Shown here piece after piece: positions 12,101 through 25,072 of a stretch of DNA of 64,000 nucleotides. The notes below the pieces were generated by a model. The model did not search any database. It had not been told where the DNA came from and saw only the letters and a program-made list of their open reading frames with translations. Each line of letters starts with the position of its first letter. Position 1 is the first letter of the stretch. The DNA is from Octopus vulgaris (lineage: Eukaryota): positions 17,236,001 through 17,300,000 of the forward strand of contig OX597822.1 in NCBI GenBank assembly GCA_951406725.2. Direction: 5' to 3'. Made by a program: the position numbers and the translations under genes.

Positions 12101-12718
12101 ATGCCCTGATGCAGTACTAGGCAGTGGCTCTCATGACTTCTGATCTTAACTGATTGGAAGTGTTATCATGTACATTGTTTTGTCTTGGTATAAAAGATGG
12201 GCTATAGAAAATAGAAAATGAAAACCACAAACAATTTATTAGATTTGCATTGACAAAGTTCCAGATTTTTAGGAAATCTCATTTTCCTTGGACCTCAGTT
12301 GTTTGACCTTAACCTGTTGAGCATGTCCCTTAGTGGCCGACGATATGTGCAGCTCTGATCATGAGCAGAAATAGTGGGGGAGCATCATAGCCATGTGTTG
12401 AGAGGAATTTTTGGGGTTTGGATAATTCACCTTTAGAAATATGGGTATTTCCTCCAACATCCTTAAACAACCCTTATTCAAGGACCTTTTGAGTGGAATG
12501 GGCTACTCGGCCTGAAGAAGATTCTAACTGGGCCCCACCTGAAAGCTCATTCATTGCTTGTCTTTATATAAGATCACCATGTTGCACACATATAGTTGTG
12601 ATGCAAGGGCCTGATGTACCCTTATCAATGGGTAGTCATGATGGGTATACTGGGCTTCGAATATTTTACCCCAGTGTCACTTTGATGGCATGCACTGCTC
12701 TCTCACTCAATAATAATC
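12101..12718. mobile_element. About 600-bp non-coding dispersed element flanked by (TAA)-type repeats (possible non-autonomous Dong partner)
   Basis: GC-richer block with sharp edges against TAA runs. Its right end cccagtgtcac...gatggcatgcactg.tctctcac.caataataa recurs at 14116-14160. Orientation not determined. Confidence 0.6.
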
Positions 12719-12724
12719 ATTTCT

Positions 12725-12877
12725 AATTCAGCAACAAGCAACAATTTTTTGAGATGTGGGGTTCATCAATTCCAGAGACACTAATATTTCACTGATACTC
12801 TATATTATTGGCCCCAAAAAGATAAAAGCAAAGTTGACCTCAGTGGGATTTGAACTCTGAATGTAAAGAACTGCAAG
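12725..12877 (-). mobile_element. SINE family B fragment abutting the mariner
   Basis: gcaaagttgacctcagtgggatttgaactctgaatgtaaag matches the family B reverse complement and stops at the mariner TA. Confidence 0.6.
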
Positions 12878-14113
12878 TATTGTGTCCTCCCATAAATATT
12901 GTGGTTTTAGTCAAATGCATGAACTAAAAGTCGGAGGGGGACAGGATGAACTACCTGCATCAACTTGCTATAAAAGAAGGTAGAAATTTTACCTTGTCCT
13001 TAATCTTAGTGCAAGTTTTGAAGAGTGCAGTTCAATATTTTTGCAAAGCTATATTGGAAGTGACAAAAGAGCATATTTGGCATATTTTACTTTATGAGTT
13101 CAATAAAAAAACAACACAACGGAAAGTGCAAGGAATACTAATGCACTATATGGGGTTTGGACAGTGTCAACAGTGGTTCCAGATGGTGTCAATGGTGATC
13201 AATGGTGGTTCCAGAAATTCTGAGCCAGAAACTACAACCTAGAAGATCTGTAGAACTCAACAATGACATTCTGAAGACCCTAGTGGAACAAAATCCCATT
13301 GTAACTGTTGAAAAACTTGCAGAGAAGCTTGGATTTGGTCATTCAACCATTCATCAACACCTGCATGCCATTGTAAAAGTCAGTATTTTGGGTCAATGGA
13401 TTCTTCACAAACTTTCTGAGTCTAATCGCGTGTACTCTTCTTTGCTGTCACATCTCATGAATGAACCATTTTTTGGACTGAATAGTGATTGGTGACAACA
13501 AATGGGTTCTCTATAAAAATGTCAAAAACCAGTATGTAGGGAAAGGAGAAACACTGGCACCCCAGGCTACAGAAGGTCTTCACCCACGTAAGGTGCTGTT
13601 ATCTGTTAGGTGGGTTATGAAAGGTTTAGTCCACTTTGAACTTTTAAGACCAAATAACAAAGGAGATCTACTGCAAGCAGCTTGAGCAGCTTAAGTCAGC
13701 GCTAGAAGAAAAACAACCATCTTTGGTTTCAAGAGAAAAGGTGTTCTTCCATCAGGATAATGCTTGGTCACATACAACGAGAATGACATTCGAAAGGCTG
13801 GAACAGTTTGAATGGGAAAAGATGCCCCACCCACCATATTCGCCAGACACTGCCCCATCTGATAATCACTTATTCTACAGTCTTCAAAATCATTTGGACA
13901 GCAAAAATATGAATTCTGTAGATGAGGTCAGAACAGTATTGGAGGAGCATTTTTCATGATGGACAAGTGAATTTTGGAAGAGGGACCTTGCAAGTCTACC
14001 AGATAGATGGAAGAGCATTGTAGAAAATGAAGGAGAGTATATTTTAGATTAAAATAAAAATTTTGTTTATCTAAATCTTGAAAACTAAAAGGAGTATAAA
14101 AAAATCTGCATTT
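12878..14113 (+). mobile_element. Mariner (Tc1/mariner, DD34D-type) transposon, decayed; right TIR truncated
   Basis: TA followed by TIR-like ttgtgtcctcccataaatattgtggtttt. Transposase pieces: EVTKEHIWHILLYEFNK, IGDNKWVLYKN, KVLLSVRW, FFHQDNAWSH, HPPYSPDTAPSDNHLF and EGEYILD*. Multiple frameshifts. Confidence 0.95.
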
Positions 14114-14169
14114 CACCCCAGTGTCACGATGGCATGCACTGTTCTCTCACACAATAATAATAATAATAA

Positions 14170-14383
14170 CCCTTTCTACTATGGGTACAAGGCCTGAAAC
14201 TTGGGGCAGGCGGATAGTCAATTACATCGACTCCAGTACTTAACTAGTACTTATTTTATCAACCCCAAAAGGATGAAAGGCAAAGTTGACCTTGGCAGAA
14301 TTTGAACTCAGAACATAAAGACAGACAAAATTCCACAAAGGATTTAGCCTGATGTGCTAACGATTCTGCCAGCTCACCACCTT
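14170..14383 (-). mobile_element. SINE family B
   Basis: Same sequence as 5745-5960, ending ttctgccagctcaccacctt. Confidence 0.8.
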
Positions 14384-14444
14384 ACTACTACTACTACTAC
14401 TACTACTACAGCTAATAATAATAATACTAATACTACTACTACTA

Positions 14445-14499
<55 letters not shown>

Positions 14500-14534
14500 T
14501 GATGATAATAATAATAATGATAACAATAATAATG

Positions 14535-14590
<56 letters not shown>
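14384..14590. repeat. (TAC)n/(TAA)n microsatellite array
   Basis: Seen directly. Confidence 0.97.
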
Positions 14591-14591
<1 letters not shown>

Positions 14592-14599
14592 CCCATTTC

Positions 14600-14945
14600 T
14601 TTGTCAGAAATGGGGATGTGAAGCTGGAGGTACATGGAATGATCATCAGGTCGAAAGAGTGCTGGAGTTGGAGAAATGGAAAGTTTTATGGAATTTTCCT
14701 ATTTAAATGGATAAGAAGCTAGAAAGTGATAAAGCAGACATCACAATAATAGACAAGGAAATGGTTGAAGGAGATTGGAATAAAATGTCCTGTAGTGCTT
14801 CTACAGGCAGTTTGCCTCTTAGAGACAGGAACAATTATCAGGAGGGTCTTAAGCACTTGAGAGACTATTGAAAGACTATTGTGGATACCTAAAGTTACAG
14901 GTAGTAACCCACTACCCACAAATTCTATCAGAAATAATAATGTAC
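14600..14945 (+). mobile_element. Decayed Dong/R4 endonuclease-end fragment
   Basis: Reads HQVERVLELEKWKVLWNFPI, KADITIID and LQAVCLLETGTIIRRVLST*, followed by (TAA)n. Confidence 0.65.
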
Positions 14946-14957
14946 CTGAGTTAAATC

Positions 14958-14967
14958 AATGATGATG

Positions 14968-15032
<65 letters not shown>
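14958..15032. repeat. (TAA)n microsatellite
   Basis: Seen directly. Confidence 0.97.
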
Positions 15033-15033
<1 letters not shown>

Positions 15034-15254
15034 TAATCTCAAGTTTTAAAACAAACATAATTTTCTTATGGTTTCTTAAACATTCACTAGTACAACACTA
15101 AGTACAAAATCAAATATATGGCACCCTAGGCATAACACCAACATGAACTTCCAACTTGTTGTCTCTTGAGGTCTCTGGGTGAGAGTTGGAGCCAACTTGT
15201 ACAAATGTAAAGCAAAAGTCAAACAAATAATGATGATGATGATGATGATGATGT

Positions 15255-16345
15255 GTTAATCCCAGCAGACTGCAACAGCTCTGTAAAAACATTTGGAAAG
15301 TTAAATACAAGGATTTTGAAATAGAGATCTAAGAAATATGTGGCATCTAAGAATGACTGTGCCTGTAATCATTGGAGATATGAGGATAATACCAAAAGAC
15401 ACTCTTAGACACTGTCTAATACCTCTGTCTTAGACACTGTCTAATACCAGGAAATCCAAAGGAATCAGAACTGCAAAGAATTGTTCCTATGAGTACTGCC
15501 CACATCTTAAGTAAAATGCTGTCAACTTGAATACATCTGATTACCTTAGATTCAAAATATTACAAATTTAAAAGAAAAGAACTAGACAAAGAAAAATATG
15601 TTAAGACTGGTTGAGAAGCACAGGACTGAAAGCAGAGACTGAAGGATCCTTGATGGCAGCATAGAAATCACCAAATGTATATATTGAAGGAGAATACAGC
15701 AAGTAACTGCAAAATATGTGGAGATGAGGAAGAAATAATTAACCACATTATTTCTTCTGGCTGCCCAGTCTTAACCAAGAAAGAATGCATCCACTGACAA
15801 AACAGAATTGTTACTTACATGCACCAGAAGTTAGGCTAGCACCTCAAAAATACCTACAGAAAACAAATGGTACAGACATGCAATAGCAAAGCAATCATAA
15901 TCTAAGAGATACTCATACACACAGATAGGGAAATCAAAGTTTAACAAAATATTGCTGTTATGAACCAGCAAGAAAAAAAATATTGTCCAATCGACGTATC
16001 AGTCCTAATGGAGAGACTATATCTCTAAGAGAGATGGAGAAATTATCCAAATAGAAAGATCTAGAAACAGAGATAACCCAAACATAAAACCTGAAAATAG
16101 AAGCAATTCCTAGAATAACAGGTACTTCGAGAATTATGAAAGCAAATGCAGACATGCACAGCAAAAACTCCAGGATTTACAAATATGTATAACATAGAGA
16201 AAAGAACACTGCTAAGTCCAACACACATATTACTTAGAGCACTGTCATTACAGTAAAAATAACAACACTAAAACAAACCACTGCATGTAAGCAAGGCACA
16301 CTGCTTGGAAGTGCAGTGAAAGCATGCAATAGAAATAAAACAACT
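15255..16345 (+). mobile_element. Two tandem decayed Dong/R4 3' fragments
   Basis: First: IPGNPKESELQRIVPMSTAHILSKMLST*. Second: LRSTGLKAETEGSLMAA, CKICGDEEEIINHIIS, GCPVLTKKE and EMEKLSK*KDLETEI, followed by (TAG)n. Confidence 0.75.
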
Positions 16346-18087
16346 AAATAGTAGTAGTAGTAGTAGTAGTAGTAAATATATGAATAATAAATAATAAGCA
16401 TTCTGCAAGCAAGTTGAGATTTTTAATCAGGCTAAAAGCAGCAATTTTCAATTTAGTACAATATAACAAGGAGAAGGTTAAAAAATATGAAAAGACAAAA
16501 GCAAAGCAAATATAAAATGCAGCTGCCAAGTCATTTTATTGGTTTCTTATGTTTGTTTTACAGGTTTTATGCTTCTTAAACTTGCAAACAAACAGATAAT
16601 TGTTACTTGTTCATTAAATGCCTGGTGTTATTACCAAGGTCCCTCTCTAAATTATAGACCAAAAATAACTTACACGGTAGTATTTATCTTGATCTCTTTG
16701 AACTTACCATGTGAAATTGGTTGTGTGTGAAAGAAAACGGTCGCTCATAATAATTGCATAAACATGTATTTTGTGGAATCGAAATAACGAGAAGGAAGTG
16801 ACAACTGTGTCAGTTTCTACAGAAATCTTGCCCTACTTATGCTACAAAGATAAAACCTAATAGTTATTAGGAATAAAGATGTCTGTGCGAGTGTGTGTGA
16901 GTGTGTTTGTGTGTGTGTGTGTGTGTGAATGTGTGTGTGCATGTGCGCGTGCACACGTGTGACTAGGAGTAATTGTACAAGTTGTTGATTAATGCATCAA
17001 CAGAAAGCTTTCAAGTACAACCACCTGAACGTTTCCATCTTCCTCCCCCAGTAAAATGAGACTAAAATATACCTCTACTAAAAGGAAAGAATGACAAAAA
17101 CTTAGGAGCAATACAATGCATTTTTCCATGCTTTTAAGAAATTGCTTTAAGTTAAGCTAAAATATATCCATTCATCCATTTGTAATGAACAGCTTTGGAA
17201 TAAAGATGTTTTGTTTTTCATTTTTTATCATGTATTTCATTTTTCCCTTTGTTTTATATTTCTATTATTTATTTTTTTTAAATGCTTTGTTCTCAATGAT
17301 TCCATCAGACTGCAGTTCCAATACAGAAACGATCACAAGAGACTTATTTCCTGTACTTGTGAATTATAGTAGAAAATAGAGACAAAGCAAGTGGGATGTG
17401 TTTAACACAGTCTTGCAATGCACTGCCACAACATTCACTCTCTTTAGCTTATTAAAACAAGACTGCAATATCAGGTACACAAATTGTTAACATTTTCACT
17501 AACATAATCAATTTTAAGAATACTAATATGCGAATTTCATTTTATTTTACATTAAAAGCTGCAAAAAAAAAAGAATGTTGATTGTTTTTTGATTATATTG
17601 AGGAAAAATACAATAAATACGTCACCATAACCATTCTCCACACACACGTAATTAAAATGTAACATTCTTAAAACATACATTAGTTGAGTTATGTAATGGT
17701 GAATCCAGTAATGGTACAAAGTGAAATACATTCATTCTGGAAGCATTTATAAGAGAACTGTTAAAAATATAATTATATAAGAAAAAAGAAGGAAAAAAAA
17801 ATAACAACAACACAGTTTGTAGAATTGAAATGCTTTGTTATCTTGTGAAAGTCTTTCCAGATGTAATTCAGTTGAGAAAATGATCGTCATTTAGAAAAGG
17901 TATTAAGAAATGTGAGATTTATCAAAGAACAAGCTTCAAATTTTTCTTATGGTTTACAATCAGGGTAATGGAGCTTGTGCTGGAGTGAGAGTGTGAAGCA
18001 ATTATTGCATTACTGGGCTCAAGAATACTGACTCCAACAACAAGAAATAAAGATAAATTATATATTTTCACCTAGCAATAACCATAC

Positions 18088-18203
18088 TTCAGATAACCCT
18101 CTCTGGTTATGGTAATGTCTTTGTAAAATTGTAATATAATGCATCAACATTTCCAATTTCATAGTTGACTGTGTTTCTGCACTGAGAATGGGAGACATTA
18201 ATC
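18088..18203 (-). CDS. Weak candidate exon
   Basis: ttgactAG...GTatgg, 116 nt, open frame (G)LMSPILSAETQSTMKLEMLMHYITILQRHYHNQRGLSE. No homology recognised; could be chance. Confidence 0.2.
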
Positions 18204-21200
18204 CTAGTCAACAGATACAATGTTTCTTTTTAATAAATCCTGTACAAACTTTTCAATCTTTTACAACATAATTTTTATTTCATTTAATGTAATCTTCAAT
18301 ATTACATTCACTTAAATTTTATATTCAAACAATGCTTTCATGTAAAAAGAGAAGGGTTGCCTATCTAATTGAGTTTACTTTTTTTTGCTTTTGTTTTCTA
18401 AAGGTCATTTGTTATGTCACTTTGGGGGACTTCAATTTTTTGCTTTTAACTTTGATGTACTTTAGATTTTTTAACTGGAAAACAAAGATGTGCTTCACAT
18501 TCTTTTATAGTATTTTTATAGTTTATTACTTTCATATCCTTTTACTTTATAGCCTTTTCATAAAAATAACTTCTTTTAATTTTTCTAAATTTCGTTTTAT
18601 GTCTAATTGTTTGTAACTTCTTTAATAAATAATCTAAAAAAGCCACAATGGTAGTGCTATAGCCTTTAAAAATGAACTTTAACAAGCTAGAGTGTTAAAA
18701 ATGCAGCCTGAAGATTCATATTGGCCTTATGTTATGTGCTTTCACTCAATATAAGAAATCTATGATTAGTTTAATTACAAATAGAGGGGTCAGAGTCTGT
18801 GGTATCATAAACCAAGTTGCTGGAGTGAAATGACTAACACACACTCAGTTACATTAATTCCTTTAGAGATCTAAGAAATTCTAAAACACAACCGGTATAC
18901 AATAAACATCAAACATTTTTTTCTATGTATATAGATGTAGCAGCTTCAATTTCCAATACTGTAGTTAATATATATCTGTAGATTATGCATGTGGCAACTT
19001 TTTAAGAGAAAAAAATTAGCATTAATGAGGAACACACACACATAGCACAATATTATTTTTACCAAAATTCTGAAGAATGGAGTAAATTAAAGATAGAATT
19101 CTTAATATATGAATCAGAAAACTAGAATATAATGTATGAACATTGGCTGCTGAAAGAATTTGGGTTGGAGAGAATAGAGGATTAATTTAACATCTTCATA
19201 CAAGCAACCAAAGAAATCTAGAGACATTCAAATTATGTACTACTTTGAAAGACTTTTCTAAAACGAATACTTCAAGTATAATTCTGCTGTAGTATTTTAT
19301 ATCTGTGAAAAAAAAAAAAAAAAAAAGAGCTCTGAGTCTGCTGTCATACTTCAATTATTCACAAAAGGATAAATTTATTTGCAGTGAGTATATGAAATTC
19401 CTGAGAAATATTTCTGAAAAATAAAGAATAAAAACCTTCTTTCAATCAGGAGAAGAGGAGCAAGGCCTCCTAAGGATAGAAATGCCTATAGACAATGGCA
19501 GCTTGCAATAAGCAAACAACCAGACACATTATTATAGATAACAACTTGAAAAGAACTTCAACTTTTGAAACATCTTAAATCCTCCTTGAATAAGGCTGGA
19601 AGCTTAAAACAAAAAGTAATCACAAAGATTAATCTAAATTCATTAGCAAGGATCAGACAGAACATCATTTTGAAAAAGATGCTAAATCAGTCTCTACAAA
19701 GCACTAAAAGCTACAGAAATTGTCTGCTTTGTTCACAATATACTTCGTATCTAATTTTAAAAGTTACTTTAGTATCTGTTAATACACTCTTATGATTTTT
19801 AAGGTAACAGCTTAAATAACTGAATCAAGCTATTGAATAGAACTTGTCAGCTGTGATCAATGGTGAGAAAACTATTGTGAAATGATGGTAATCTGAAATG
19901 AAACTGCAGCAAAACTTTTGGAGAAGAGAAAATATTTTAAGATTCCATACAAAAGACAACATAGCCATTTACCATAAAGAAACGAAATGAAAAATTTTAA
20001 ATTAAAATCAAAAAGTATTGCATACACACACACACACATGCACACACACACAAAGAAATGTTAATAAGCTACAAACAATTCATTTCATTTCAAGCTGGTA
20101 CAAAAAAAATGCTAAAAACAAAAACATTGTCTTAGACATGAGCATCTTGATATCATTGCTAAAGAGCAAGAGGTTATAAAATATACTTATTAGAATTACA
20201 TTTTCTTCCTTTTTTTAAACCATTTATTTGCAAAACTTGAACTAGAGAAAAATGGAAGTCATATTGAATAGGGAAATGTATACAACATTTAGATCAATAG
20301 AGAGAAGAAAAAGAAAAGCAGTCACTTTCAATTTTATCAAATATTTGCTGATATCTATCTTAGGAAATACTATAAAATATTTTTGAATTGATAAGAAGGA
20401 AATAAAAATGAGCAAAATAACAAGAATAGTTCTACAATACTTTTCAAACAGACGAATATTAAAAGTTAGCAACTTCCCGAAAGCATCACTGGCTACATCA
20501 AAATTGTTTTAGTAAGTGTATGAAGTATGTATTAATGATGTAAATAACAAGAAAATGCTAGTTTTCACAACCATGTGAATAAACCGGAATACTGAAAACA
20601 AACACATGAGAAGAATGTAACAATTACCAAAAGAGTAATGAAAGGCGTGCCTAAGGATAAATTACAGCTTTTATAATCAAGAAATTTGTACGGTTGCCAG
20701 ATCCAATAGAAAAGCACAGAAAAATTGGCAGAGCTACAGGATTGCTCTTTAAACTTAGAAGCCACTAAGAATCATAGCTATTTACAAGTTGTTTCCAACT
20801 TTGTATGGTAAATAAGTAAAAGGTTAATGTCAAAATATTTTAATATAAATTTTAGATAGGAAAACAATTGAAACTATTAAATAAAACTATATCAAATGAC
20901 TACAATGAAATTAATGGCAAAACATGCCCCAATATATAAACAAATTTGAAGAAGTGAAAATAAATATTTTTATATGGAATTTTTTTATTCATTTTCAATT
21001 TAAGAAAGATTTGCAATATTAACAACTGAAACGTTCTACTAGTGACTTTCCCAATAACTTACATAATGCAGTATCAAGGAATTTAACAAACTTGTCTTGA
21101 TAAAAAAACATAACCTCACAGTATTTAATAATTATTATATTGACTATTTTCATATTTCATCACCAGTAATATTATCTTTTACAATAGCTATTCAAAAGTT

Positions 21201-22555
21201 GTTGATTGAATTCAAAACAATTTCTTTCATTAAATTTTATGAGTTGTTTTGAGACCTATCTCACATAGACTTTACTAAAATCTAGTTTATTGTAGATATT
21301 CTACAGCAAAATCATGCCTAATTTTCATATTATTTGCTATTTTATCAATAATCTCGTATTTTTCAACAAAACCATGTCACAGATTTGTTCAAGACTGTTA
21401 TCAGCAGAGAACATGATTTGGCATCTGGTTCCTTCTTGATGCATGGCACTTGTAGGTAAACTGAGGTTTTAAAACCATTTATTGAGTCCATAGCAGCAAA
21501 ACATTGTTGAAAGATTTGATAGATTTTGGCACCTGATACATTTTCAACAGACAATGAATGAGTGAAAGTCGCTCTTCATTAGGGCCAATAGAAAAAAAGA
21601 GCAGCCATGTTTAAATATAACAATAATATCCCATTGATGTTTCAAGTTGAAACTTGCATTGTAGTGACTCTAGAAAGATCAAACCTAGTGATGTGCACAC
21701 AACTAATGTGAATAATAAAACTAATGATACACCCTTGTGAATACATGCAGTAACACTGGTACATTCATACAAGGCACATATGTTTTCTTATATTTTATGA
21801 AGACACTGAAGGAAATATAACAAAAAAAGAAGAAAACAGTTTAGTTGAATTCCTATGTCGTTCCTCACACTAACTGACACAAACTCCTCCAACAAAGAGG
21901 CTCAAGTGTAAGATACCCACTCAAAGATGTCAACTGCAATGCTTATTTATTCACATTGTTTTGAAATTAATCATGCATTATTTTGTAGCTTCATGATTTC
22001 AATGATGGCATTGATTATTTTTACAATGACATAGGCTAAATGAGAGAAGCCAGTTTGATCATAAAACAGGCAGAATATCTGGGCCAAATATGGCCACTTA
22101 AGGGTTAAAATTTAAGTTTCAAAAAACAATCAGATCAAGCATTTAATTTCCAATAAATTTTGCATATCCTAACAAGTTGCTTTCATCTATTAAGTTATTG
22201 TTGATAAGCCTCAGTTTAGCTCTGACTGAGCAAACTCTTGATAAAAGTCATTCCAACCATGACCATCCAAATTTTGGGGTGTATTTAAGACTGTATCATC
22301 AAATAAAGTTGAAGGTGTAATTTGAATGAATTAGGGTCTAGTTTCTACCTCTTGTGATTCCAACCAAAGTGGAATTTTTTCATAAGATAGTCAAAGGAAG
22401 TGGAGCAGTGACCATGAATATTGTGGGTTGTTTCAAATTGGCAAGAGGGATTCAGTTGATCAACTTGAACATCTGAAAGGTCAATGTCTCTAGGAAAAAC
22501 CCTCTAACAGTGCAGCCTACAGTTATCTACTTATCCTCTTTAACCCTGTCCTCCC

Positions 22556-22587
<32 letters not shown>

Positions 22588-23562
22588 TTCTTAGTCCACT
22601 TCAAATTTTGTGACTATGTTAAAGTATCTCTAAGCTCCTGACAATCAATCCTTTCAACTATCCAACAGTCATTTTCTTCTTTTAGCATCTGAATTTTAAT
22701 GAAAAACAGTTGGAAAAGGAGTGGTGGTGAAGAGAGTAGATTCTACCTACTAATAATAAACACCACCTTTCATAGCATATTTAGACTATGGTGGGTAGCT
22801 GGACCAGCAAAAATAGAGGATTAGGGATTATACAAAGAAATAAGATGTGATCTGTAAATTGATGGAGAGGGGAATCCAAAGTTTATGGATGTGGGAGGGA
22901 AAAATATTTTCTTAATTTTTTGTCTGTTTTACTTAGTTTCATTTGGTTTTTGATAAGTTTTGATAGGGAGGGAGAAGAGGAAACCAAGATGCATGAGTTA
23001 ATCATTTCATTTCTTTTTGATCTTTATAAATAGACCAGCTGGAAGTCAGTGGATTTGGGACAGGAAGAGACTGGGATAAAATGAGTACAAAACCTTTGCC
23101 AAGCAGGAAGAAGTAATATTCATAAGGTACATTTGTATGTTGTGGGGGTGGGGGAGATAACTGTAATATTTCAGATGACCTTTCATGAAAATCTAATGAA
23201 GATTTCTTTCTATTTAACTGATTAACCCCTGATGCAGCTCATTATTTGAATACTCTAATTCTAAATGTTTTTAGTTAAGTACAGGTCAACCTTGATTTAG
23301 TAGATAACATTCCTGCAGTAAGTACCCTGTTGTTTTGAGGGTCTATATGTAGAAGTACATTATCTAATATGTTCTCTCTTAATTTCCAATGACAGTAAGT
23401 GAGATATGAGAGAGATTTGACTGCAATCTAATAACAAGTTGAGCAACCGTGTAACAGGCTCTTTCATCAGTTCACCTCAAATTCTAGTATTTTGCATTAC
23501 TGAACATCAGCAATATCTACATTCGATTAGAATTCAAGATCCAAAGGACAAATCTATTATCT

Positions 23563-24180
23563 GCTGTAGACCCAGGAAAACCTGGGACGAGGTGGTGAAG
23601 CACGACCTTCGAACATTAGGTCTCACCGAGGAAATGACCAGAGACCGAGACCTTTGGAAGTATGCTGTGCGTCGGAAGACCCGGCAGGACAAGTGAGACC
23701 ATAACCCATGGCCTCTACCTGGGACGTAGCCATACCTTTCCTTCTTGTGACACAAACCCTACTTGTGAAGACCTGTTGAGGCAAGAGAAAATGAAAATGA
23801 AAATAAAAATCAAAATCGAAATCGATCAACATCAATGGAAATTGTAGCTGTGATACCAGTGCCGATGGCACGTAAGAGAACCATTCGAACGTGGCCATTG
23901 CCAGCGCTGCCCTGACAGGCCTCCGTGCCGGTGGCACGTAAAATGCACCATCCAATTATGGCCGTTGCCAGCCTCGTCTGGCACCTGTGCAGGTGGCACG
24001 TAAAAAGCACCCACTACACTCACGGAGTGGTTGGCATTAGGAAGGGCATCCAGCCGTAGAAACACTGCCAGATCAGACTGGGCCTGGCGCAGCCTTCAGG
24101 CTTCCCAGACCCCAGTTGAACTGACCAACCCATGCTAGCATGGAAAATGGACATTAAACGATGATGATGATGATGATGAT
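23563..24180 (+). mobile_element. Young RTE 3' end (ORF C-terminus, 3' UTR, (GAT)n tail)
   Basis: Reads RPRKTWDEVVKHDLRTLGLTEEMTRDRDLWKYAVRRKTRQDK*, the same C-terminus as 704-940 minus. CpGs retained; about 3 units of the UTR repeat; (GAT)n tail. Confidence 0.93.
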
Positions 24181-24784
24181 TTTCTACAATTTTAAAGTCA
24201 GTTTTATTCAACTGAAACACGTCTGCAATATCTAAGTTATTCTTCTGGTATATCACCAACCACTCTAAGCATTCTTGTTTGATATTAAGATTTTAGATTG
24301 ATCGTCTATCAATTACATTCTGTTGCAAGTCTGTGAGCTTCCCATAAAAAACAAATCCAATTGTTCTTTAATAAAATCATTGTCCCATTTGCCTTCCATA
24401 TTTCCTAGAATATTGAAATAACAACCAAGTAATGTAGATGCCTTTTTTTCTTGCTCATAGGCAAAGGAATTTGTCATCATTGTTATCATGACAACTGATG
24501 CCACCATCATTGTTGTCAATTTCTTTTTAATGTCTGCTTTTCTCCATGCTGGCATGGATTGGATCAGACTTGTTGAGGCACTATTCTATGCCTAGATACT
24601 TTTCCTTAGGAAACCCCTAATTTGTTTTCAAGTAAGAACTTGATTGTATGACTTCACACGAACTGTAGACCTGCTGGATTTTTGCATATGAATCATTATA
24701 TAAACATCATTGCTACAAGCTGGATGGTGCCACTGCAGATACATACTGATACAAATTCACATGCACACACACACACATATGCAT

Positions 24785-24945
24785 ATGACAGGCTTCAACA
24801 AAGTTTCTATTAATCAAATATCATTCACAACACATTGGTCAACTTGAGTCTATAGTAGAAGACACTGAAGCCAAGGTCCCATGCAGCAGGGTTGAACATG
24901 AAACCTCATAGTTGCGAACTTCAACCAGAAAACTGCAGCTATGTC
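24785..24945 (-). mobile_element. SINE family A fragment
   Basis: ctatagtagaagacactg...ccaaggtcccatgcagcagggttgaac matches 44630-44700. Confidence 0.7.
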
Positions 24946-25024
24946 TACGATCAGTTCATCTAATTTGAAGTGTCTTTTATCAAGTAAATGGAATACGGCT
25001 TGTGGGAGTTTGCAAAAAACTTTC

Positions 25025-25025
<1 letters not shown>

Positions 25026-25070
<45 letters not shown>
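25026..25070. repeat. (TAA)n microsatellite
   Basis: Seen directly. Confidence 0.97.

Positions 25071-25072
<2 letters not shown>

Noticed and set aside
14354-14722. Poly-N/poly-I/poly-L ORFs (also YI/HT/RE ORFs at 10216-10550, 26087-26669, 32197-32557, 37673-37990, 59865-60364)
   Set aside because: Translations of microsatellites.
15403-15448. About 25-bp tandem duplication tcttagacactgtctaatacc
   Set aside because: Ordinary slippage inside a decayed Dong fragment.
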